From positions 167,882 through 231,881 of the forward strand of contig CAJTQT010000003.1 of the NCBI GenBank assembly GCA_910578325.1: 64,000 nucleotides of DNA, written 5' to 3'. Of the stretch, positions 57,399 to 64,000 are shown one piece after another. The notes under the pieces are model-generated. The model saw nothing but the letters and a program-made list of their open reading frames with translations, was not told the origin of the DNA and did not search any database. Both the position numbers and the translations under genes were made by a program. Source of the stretch: an uncultured Christensenella sp. (GTDB lineage: Bacteria > Bacillota > Clostridia > Christensenellales > CAG-917). Numbering within the stretch: the stretch's first letter is position 1; every line of letters starts with the position of its first letter.

Positions 57399-58268
57399 AT
57401 GCCCAAACACAGTCTGGAAGAAGTTATATCAGTCGATAAACTTAAAGAGGCGTTGCACTCAATTGCCAGAGCAACGGAAGTAAACCTATGCGTAATAGAT
57501 TTAATAGGCAACGTCATAATCTGGCCCGTTAACGACTCCCCTTTTTGTGCTGAGGCAAGAAAAAACTCTGACATCCGCGAAAACTGTCTCAGATGTGCGA
57601 CGCACGCCGCACTGGAAGCCGCAAGACAGAAACGTCCTATGTTTTATAAGTGTCCGTACGGACTTGTTGATTTCACTCTGCCTATTTACTACAAAGAAGA
57701 GGTTTTGGGCGCAATCTGCGGCGGACAAATTAAAACAGATTCCCATACAGATTTTTTGGACTATGTATACAATCAGATTTCTTTAGGCAACAATGATGAA
57801 CTCAAAAAACGCTTTGAGAATTTGCCTACCGTCAAATCCGAAAAACTAATAGACATTTCGGATATACTTTTAAAGATGACGGAAAGACTTACGAAATTCG
57901 GAATCTATATGGATCTGGAACCGCATCAGAATGCTCGGACTTACAATCGTTATAAGTTGCAACCCGCGCTCAACTATATAGACCTTAACTATAATAAAAA
58001 TATAACGCTTACCGAACTTTCCGCGCTATGTTGCATTACAGAAAGTTATTTTTCCAGACTTTTCAGCGCAACTATGAACATCAGTCTGTCGCAGTATATC
58101 ACAAATTTACGCATCGATAATGCGAAAGAACTTCTTCTTGATCCGACGAAAAAAATACTTGCGATAGCCTACGAAGTCGGTTATAACGATTCGGCATATT
58201 TCATAAGAAAATTTAAAGAAGTCACACAAATGACTCCGCTTGAATACCGAATCGGAGCGCTTAAATAG
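57399..58268 (+). CDS. PocR sensor domain + AraC-family HTH transcriptional regulator
   Basis: PocR-like N-terminus CVIDLIGNVIIWPVNDSPFCAEAR...CLRCATHAALEAARQKRPMFYKCPYGLVDFTLPI. AraC HTH AYEVGYNDSAYFIRKFKEVTQMTPLEYR. SD AGGAGG. Confidence 0.85.
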   Translation: MPKHSLEEVISVDKLKEALHSIARATEVNLCVIDLIGNVIIWPVNDSPFCAEARKNSDIRENCLRCATHAALEAARQKRPMFYKCPYGLVDFTLPIYYKEEVLGAICGGQIKTDSHTDFLDYVYNQISLGNNDELKKRFENLPTVKSEKLIDISDILLKMTERLTKFGIYMDLEPHQNARTYNRYKLQPALNYIDLNYNKNITLTELSALCCITESYFSRLFSATMNISLSQYITNLRIDNAKELLLDPTKKILAIAYEVGYNDSAYFIRKFKEVTQMTPLEYRIGALK

Positions 58269-58283
58269 CGCGCATTCGCAAAT

Positions 58284-58321
58284 AAAAAAATCCCGATGGC
58301 AATTGTCATCGGGATTTTTTT
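58284..58321. terminator. Bidirectional terminator
   Basis: aaaaaaa-tcccgatg-gcaattgt-catcggga-ttttttt. Confidence 0.85.
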
Positions 58322-58386
58322 ATCATTATTCAAATTTTTACGCTTCACTTCGCCGAACCTCTCCGAATACTCTATGGACTTCGTAT

Positions 58387-60303
58387 TTATTCGAGTTCGA
58401 AAGCGCCGGTGTACAACTGATAATACTTACCCTTTTTCGCAATCAATTCCTCGTGGTTGCCGCGCTCGATAATCTCACCGTGCTCGAGTACGCAAATCAA
58501 ATCCGAATTACGTACGGTGGACAGTCTGTGCGCAATGACGAAAACCGTTCTGCCCTGCATAAGCCTGTCCATACCCTTTTCTATGAGACGCTCTGTACGG
58601 GTATCGATTGAAGACGTCGCCTCGTCCAGAATGAGTACGGGCGGATTTGCAACCGCCGCCCTTGCAATAGCGAGCAATTGACGCTGTCCCTGAGAGAGAT
58701 TCTCGCCGTCGCCCGTAAGCAAAGTATCGTATCCATCGGGCAGATGTCGGATAAAGTAATCCGCATTTGCGAGTTTTGCCGCCGCTACGACTTCCTCGTC
58801 GGTTGCGTCGAGTTTGCCGAACCGTATATTGTCGCTGACAGTCCCCGTAAACATATGCGTATCCTGCAAAACCATCGCCATAGAGTGCCTTAGATCGGCT
58901 TTGTTAATCTTTGTGATGTTGATATTGTCGTAGCGTATTTTACCGTCGTTTATGTCATAAAACCGATTGATAAGATTGATAATCGTAGTCTTACCCGCGC
59001 CTGTAGAACCGACGAACGCGATTTTCTGTCCGGGTTTCGCCACCAGCGAGATATCTTTGAGAACGGTTTTTTCAGGCACGTAACCGAAAGTCACGTTTTC
59101 GAATTCCACTTCGCCCGTCCACTTGACATAGGTAGTGGTTCCGTCCGCCCTATGGAAATGTTTCCACGCCCACATACCCGTATACTCTTCTGTTTCAACG
59201 AGTTTTCCTGCTTCGTCCTCTCTTGCGTTGACAAGGGTTACATAGCCGTCGTCTTCTTCGGGCTGTTGGTCTATGAGATCGAAGATACGTTCCGCACCTG
59301 CGAGAGCCATAAGCACGCCGTTTAGTTGCTGTGCCATCTGTGCAAGAGGATTGCTGAACTGACGCGAGTACATCATAAACGAAACAAGTCCTCCCCAATT
59401 CATTCCGCCGAAGCCGCTGATTGCAAGCAGAGTTCCTGCGATTGCCGTTACGGCATACGTTACGTAAGACAGATTTCCCATTATAGGCATAAGCACGTTG
59501 GCGTAAGTATGCGCTTGCCTCGAAGCCTCTTTGAGATTGCCGTTAAACACGTCGAACTCCGCCTTTTCCGCGCTTTCGTGGCAGAATACCTTAACGACTT
59601 TAAGTCCGTCGAGGTGCTCTTCGATATATCCGTTGAGCGCACCTATCTGACGTTGCTGTCCTACAAAGTGCTTTCCGCTTCTGCTTGCAATAAACTTTAC
59701 TATAAACAGCATAATCACAAGCATTGCTATAGATATAAGCGTAAGCAGCGGTGAGATTACCAGCATAGCGATAAACATACCTATCAGCGTAAGCACATTG
59801 GTGATCATATTAGGCAGACCGCCCGACAGCAACTCGCGAAGAGTATCCGTATCGTTTGTATACAGACTCATTATGTCGCCGTGCGTATGCGTGTCGAAAT
59901 ACTTTATGGGAAGTTTTTGCATCTTCTCGAACATTTCGTTACGCACATTTTGCAACACTCGGGTTGTAATCCGAATAATTAAATAATTATAAACATAGTG
60001 CAACGACGCTCCGACGATGTAAATAGACGCCATAATGCCTACAATGCCGCCAAGCGCGCCCAGTCCAGAAAGCGATCCGAGCGTAACCGTTTCTCCCGCA
60101 GCGAGAGGCAGAACTAACTGTTGAAGAATCACGCCTATCATAAATGTACCGCCGACGTTGCAAAGAACGTTGGCAAACATACACGCAAGAGCGACAGCAA
60201 TTTGCACCTTGTAACCTTTAAGGTAACCGAGAATACGCTTGAAAGTTTTTGCAGGGCTCTTAACTTTGAAATTGCCCATATTCGATTTCTTATTCTTAGG
60301 CAT
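58387..60303 (-). CDS. ABC exporter, fused permease/ATPase (heterodimer partner 2)
   Basis: Six-TM domain plus NBD: Walker A GSTGAGKTT, signature LSQGQRQLL, Walker B LILDEATS. Confidence 0.9.
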   Translation of the reverse strand: MPKNKKSNMGNFKVKSPAKTFKRILGYLKGYKVQIAVALACMFANVLCNVGGTFMIGVILQQLVLPLAAGETVTLGSLSGLGALGGIVGIMASIYIVGASLHYVYNYLIIRITTRVLQNVRNEMFEKMQKLPIKYFDTHTHGDIMSLYTNDTDTLRELLSGGLPNMITNVLTLIGMFIAMLVISPLLTLISIAMLVIMLFIVKFIASRSGKHFVGQQRQIGALNGYIEEHLDGLKVVKVFCHESAEKAEFDVFNGNLKEASRQAHTYANVLMPIMGNLSYVTYAVTAIAGTLLAISGFGGMNWGGLVSFMMYSRQFSNPLAQMAQQLNGVLMALAGAERIFDLIDQQPEEDDGYVTLVNAREDEAGKLVETEEYTGMWAWKHFHRADGTTTYVKWTGEVEFENVTFGYVPEKTVLKDISLVAKPGQKIAFVGSTGAGKTTIINLINRFYDINDGKIRYDNINITKINKADLRHSMAMVLQDTHMFTGTVSDNIRFGKLDATDEEVVAAAKLANADYFIRHLPDGYDTLLTGDGENLSQGQRQLLAIARAAVANPPVLILDEATSSIDTRTERLIEKGMDRLMQGRTVFVIAHRLSTVRNSDLICVLEHGEIIERGNHEELIAKKGKYYQLYTGAFELE

Positions 60304-62173
60304 TCGCGTTCACCTCCCCGTCATCCGCACTTCCCTTTTGCTGGGATTGATATACGTCGCGGTATATATCGTTTGTTTCGAGCAACTCTTCGTGAGTGCC
60401 GATTGCGTCAATCTTTCCGTCGTTCATAACGATAATCCTGTCCGCGTCCTCAACCGACGAAATTCGCTGAGCGATAATGATAACGGTCGTATCGCCGAAC
60501 TCCTTTTTGAGTCCCGCTCTGATCGACGCGTCGGTCGCGGTATCGACAGCGCTCGTGGAATCGTCGAGAATCATAATCTTCGGATGTTTGAGCAATGCTC
60601 TTGCAATACAAAGACGCTGTTTCTGACCGCCAGACACGTTTACGCCGCCCTGTCCCAAATCCGTTTCATAACCTTTGGGAAAGGACATAACGAAATCGTG
60701 CGCCTGCGCCGCCTGCGCCGCGTGATACATTTCTTCGTCGGTAGCGTCGGGATTGCCCCAAAGCAGATTCTGCTTGATTGTACCAGAAAACAGTACGTTC
60801 TTTTGAAGAACCACGCCTATTGCCGAACGCAGGCTGTCTATCTTGTAATCTCTTACGTCAACTCCGCCGACTTTAACGCTTCCGTCAAATACGTCGTAAA
60901 GTCTGGGAATGAGTTGTACCAACGTTGTTTTAGCAGAACCTGTTCCGCCGATAATACCTATCGTCTCACCGCTTGCAATATGCAGGTCGATGTTTTCGAG
61001 ATTGAGTACGCTGCTATCGTTCTTGTAGGAGAAATCCACGTTATCGAAATCTATACTGCCGTCGGCAGGAACGGCGTCGGTTGCGTTTTCGCCGTCTTCG
61101 ATATCTATCTTCTCGTCCAGCACTTCCACGATACGGTCAACGGACGCGCGCGACATAACGATGGTCATAAACACCATCGCCACCATTATAAGCGACATCA
61201 ATATCTGCATAACGTAGTTCAAAAACGCAGTCAAATCTCCGACAGTCATTCCGTTGGCGGCAATGTTTCCGCTTTCAATGATGTCGCGACCGCCGAAAAG
61301 TATGATACAGATAATACACGCATACACCAGAATCTGCATAAACGGGAAGACGATAACGATAATCTTCTCCGCGCTGAATTGAAGTTTCTGAACCGTCTCG
61401 CTAACCTTTTTGAACTTCTTGATTTCGTTGTCTTCTCTGACGTATGCCTTGACCGCGCGGATTCCTATAAGGTTTTCCTGCGTCGACTCGTTCATATCGT
61501 CATATTTGTTGAGCATCTTCTCGAATCTGGGAAAAACCACTTTCGTTCCCACCGCAAGACCTATGAGAAGCAAAGGAAGCACCACTGCAAATATAATCGA
61601 CAGTTTCGGGCTTATCGTTACCGACATTACAAGCGACAAAATCAGCATAAACGGCGAACGTACGAATATGCGAATAATCATCATATACGAATTCTGCATA
61701 TTTGTTACGTCCGTCGTAAGCCTCGTCACGAGGTTGGCAGTGTTGAAACGGTCGAGGTTCTTAAAACTGAAATTTTCGACTTTGTAAAAGAGTTTCTTTC
61801 TCAGATTGCCCGCGAATCCCGTTGAAGCGGTTGCCGCAAGTTTTGCCGACAGCGCTCCGCACAGCAGGGATATAAATGCCATAGCCACCATAAGCGCGCC
61901 GCAAGTGGCAATAAACGCGGTGCGGTTCGTCATCTCGAAAACGGGGATGTTGAGACTTCCGAATTTCAGAATAAACGGAAATACGGAAGCGGTGTCGTCC
62001 ATTCCCACATCCACAATCTGCGCCATTATCAACGGAATAAATACCTCAAACAGCACCTCGACCGCAACGAGTACCGCCGTCCAGACGGACGCCGCCTTAT
62101 ACTCGCCTATACAGGACGCCATCTTACGGACTCCGCCTTTGGCTCTTGGAGTTTTAATTTCTTTTTCTTTCAT
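60296..62173 (-). CDS. ABC exporter, fused permease/ATPase (heterodimer partner 1)
   Basis: Walker A GGTGSAKTT, signature VSGGQKQRL, Walker B MILDDSTS. ATG 62173 after AGGTGA. Overlaps the downstream partner by 8 nt. Confidence 0.9.
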   Translation of the reverse strand: MKEKEIKTPRAKGGVRKMASCIGEYKAASVWTAVLVAVEVLFEVFIPLIMAQIVDVGMDDTASVFPFILKFGSLNIPVFEMTNRTAFIATCGALMVAMAFISLLCGALSAKLAATASTGFAGNLRKKLFYKVENFSFKNLDRFNTANLVTRLTTDVTNMQNSYMMIIRIFVRSPFMLILSLVMSVTISPKLSIIFAVVLPLLLIGLAVGTKVVFPRFEKMLNKYDDMNESTQENLIGIRAVKAYVREDNEIKKFKKVSETVQKLQFSAEKIIVIVFPFMQILVYACIICIILFGGRDIIESGNIAANGMTVGDLTAFLNYVMQILMSLIMVAMVFMTIVMSRASVDRIVEVLDEKIDIEDGENATDAVPADGSIDFDNVDFSYKNDSSVLNLENIDLHIASGETIGIIGGTGSAKTTLVQLIPRLYDVFDGSVKVGGVDVRDYKIDSLRSAIGVVLQKNVLFSGTIKQNLLWGNPDATDEEMYHAAQAAQAHDFVMSFPKGYETDLGQGGVNVSGGQKQRLCIARALLKHPKIMILDDSTSAVDTATDASIRAGLKKEFGDTTVIIIAQRISSVEDADRIIVMNDGKIDAIGTHEELLETNDIYRDVYQSQQKGSADDGEVNANA

Positions 62174-62421
62174 ATTCACCTGAACTGCGCTATTGCGCAT
62201 AAGTCCGATTTAGACTTTAATAATCTATTTAACGATTATTTAAAAAAATGTCAACCGATTTTTCGAAAAATTACGATAATTCCTTATATATTAAAATATT
62301 TTTAATAAAACGGGTACAACTAAATTGAGAATCGTCGCCACTTTTACAGATTCGCGCTTAACACGCATACAGCCATATTGACAATGCTGTGATATTATGC
62401 CAAAATGAATCGAGGTGTTTT

Positions 62422-63003
62422 ATGGCGGTTAAAGAAGATATCCGTATAGTGCGCACGCGCAAATTGCTTTGCGACGCTCTTCTCGATATGATGCAGACAG
62501 ATTCCATCGAGCACATAAGCGTCATAGATATCTGCAACAAATCGCTGATAAACCGCGCGACGTTCTATAAGCATTTCGAAGACAAATACGACCTGCTCGC
62601 TTACGCGCTCGAAGAGATCAAGCGCGAAATAAACCGAGGCTTTATCATAAATAAGTCGGATTTGAATACGCCTCAGGATGCTTTGCGAGCACTGTTTACA
62701 ACCACCACGGCATATTTTTTTGACAACAGAAGCCGCGTTTCAAATCTCATTAAACACAATATGCACACAAAAGTTATCTCCTGCGTAAAGGATTCGATTG
62801 CGGATTCGATTGAATCCCTCGTATCAGACTATACCTATACTTATGCATTGCGCGTTCCTCTTCCCGTACTTGCGACGTTCCTCGCAGGAGGGCTCGTCTC
62901 GACGTTGATTTGGTGTTTACAGCAACCCGGGAAATATACCTTCCAGGAGTTTGTCACTTGTATTGATGTAGGTTGCATAGACTCGTTGTTCGAAAAGGTT
63001 TAA
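62422..63003 (+). CDS. TetR-family transcriptional regulator
   Basis: ATG 62422 after GAGGTG. HTH ISVIDICNKSLINRATFYKHFEDKYDL. Divergent from the ABC exporter pair. Confidence 0.88.
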   Translation: MAVKEDIRIVRTRKLLCDALLDMMQTDSIEHISVIDICNKSLINRATFYKHFEDKYDLLAYALEEIKREINRGFIINKSDLNTPQDALRALFTTTTAYFFDNRSRVSNLIKHNMHTKVISCVKDSIADSIESLVSDYTYTYALRVPLPVLATFLAGGLVSTLIWCLQQPGKYTFQEFVTCIDVGCIDSLFEKV

Positions 63004-63194
63004 AATCCAAATGCCGTCAACTTTACTTTAATATAGCGGAATTCCATAGAATTTCAATTAATGGTAAAACGGCACGTTATGTTCCGTTTTTTATTACGCA
63101 AACTTTTAAGAACATATCGATGAGTCAAAAATACTTCGAATATTAGCATTCCACAACGCGTTATCAAAAATATAATTTATTTTTTCATAAAAAG

Positions 63195-63223
63195 TTGACT
63201 TTTGGCAATCTCTGTAATACACT
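63195..63223 (+). promoter_or_regulatory. clpB promoter
   Basis: TTGACT (63195-63200), 17 nt, TACACT (63218-63223), then 1 nt, then a CIRCE-like element. Confidence 0.65.
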
Positions 63224-63224
63224 G

Positions 63225-63251
63225 TTAGCAGTCAAACAATTAGATTGCTAA
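63225..63251. promoter_or_regulatory. CIRCE-like operator upstream of clpB
   Basis: TTAGCAGTC-aaacaatta-GATTGCTAA: a 9-9-9 inverted repeat with two mismatches to the CIRCE consensus. Confidence 0.75.
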
Positions 63252-63294
63252 ATAATTTCAACTCTAATTGGCAACAATCTTAGGAGGTTGCGAT

Positions 63295-64000
63295 ATGGAA
63301 ACTGAAAAATACACAAAAAAAGCATTAGAAACAGTCAACCGCGCGCAAACGCTCGCGCTTGAAAGGAACAATCAACAGTTGAGCGTTGAGCATCTGACTT
63401 ACGCGCTTCTGTCGGACGAAGACGGGCTTATCCCCAAACTGCTTACAAAATGCGGCGCGGACGCGCAGGCGTTGCTTAGAGAAACGGACAAAATAATATC
63501 CTCTTTCCCCGCTGTTACGGGAACGGGTTCGCCACAGGTTTATATGTCAAGCGAAACCGCCCTGATACTGTCTGCGGCGGATAAGATTCGCGCCAAAGCA
63601 GGCGACGATTTTATCAGCGTAGAGCATATATTCGAGGCGGTTTTAGACAAACCCACCCCTGCGCTCAAAACAGCGTTTAGTCGAGTTAATCTCACAAAAA
63701 AGCAGTTTATGTCCGCGCTTTTACAGGTTAAAACCTCGAAAGTGACAAACGACAGTCCTGAAGATACCTACGACGTATTGAATAAATACGGGTTCGACCT
63801 TGTCGAGCGAGCAAGCACAGGTAAACTGGATCCGGTTATCGGACGCGACGACGAAATACGGAATGTGATTAGAATTCTGTCGCGTAAGACGAAAAACAAC
63901 CCCGTGCTCATAGGCGAACCGGGAGTAGGAAAAACGGCGATTGCAGAAGGTCTTGCCCAGCGCATCGTGCGCGGCGACGTTCCCGAGGGACTGAAAGACA
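63295..64000 (+). CDS. clpB: Chaperone ClpB, 5' partial (continues beyond the window)
   Basis: My own translation from ATG 63295 (AGGAGG upstream): [34 protein letters not shown] ... [58 protein letters not shown] (Clp_N repeats plus the first Walker A). Not in the ORF track because there is no stop in the window. Confidence 0.95.
   Translation, partial: METEKYTKKALETVNRAQTLALERNNQQLSVEHLTYALLSDEDGLIPKLLTKCGADAQALLRETDKIISSFPAVTGTGSPQVYMSSETALILSAADKIRAKAGDDFISVEHIFEAVLDKPTPALKTAFSRVNLTKKQFMSALLQVKTSKVTNDSPEDTYDVLNKYGFDLVERASTGKLDPVIGRDDEIRNVIRILSRKTKNNPVLIGEPGVGKTAIAEGLAQRIVRGDVPEGLKD

Overview
Chromosomal segment of a Bacillota (Clostridia-like) bacterium with two compositional compartments. 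(i) Positions 1 to ~9,650 form a strongly AT-rich accessory island with every gene on the minus strand. It holds an edge-truncated giant RHS/YD-repeat toxin-type ORF (start 3935, absent from the ORF track because its stop is off-window). Upstream of it lies a regulatory cassette: XRE HTH, ECF-like sigma factor, secreted cysteine-peptidase-like protein, single-pass anti-sigma-like membrane protein, a terminator, then a sigma region-4-only protein. The island also carries a translationally coupled Ku / ligase-only LigD pair and an IS21-like HTH-only remnant at the junction. (ii) ~9,650 to 64,000 is ~50% GC backbone. It contains ppdK, corA, two unknown paralogs sharing a C-terminal module, addB-addA, a lipoprotein, TfoX-N protein, a deaminase and a tRNA-Gly/Lys/Leu operon. 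After a small AT-rich islet (PadR, hydrolase, sigma-like HTH) come SDR, DivIVA-domain protein, pncB, lgt, galK/galT, dnaX-ybaB-recR, groES-groEL, a dCMP deaminase and a 640-aa membrane protein. The remainder holds a regulator plus potABCD, a CDF transporter, yhbY, trkA-trkH, a hydrolase-membrane fusion, a PocR/AraC regulator, a heterodimeric ABC exporter with TetR, and 5'-partial clpB. No CRISPR array, rRNA or intact transposase was seen. The best candidate for an undescribed system is the sigma/anti-sigma/peptidase cassette wired to a signal-peptide-less RHS toxin in the island. Other notable signals: at least six genes whose ATG sits 6-8 nt after a near-consensus -10 box (leaderless mRNAs); near-identical CIRCE promoters on groES and clpB; and a tandem ~208-bp unit after the tRNA operon with compensatory stem changes. 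All calls come from reading the sequence and ORF translations; no database search was run.
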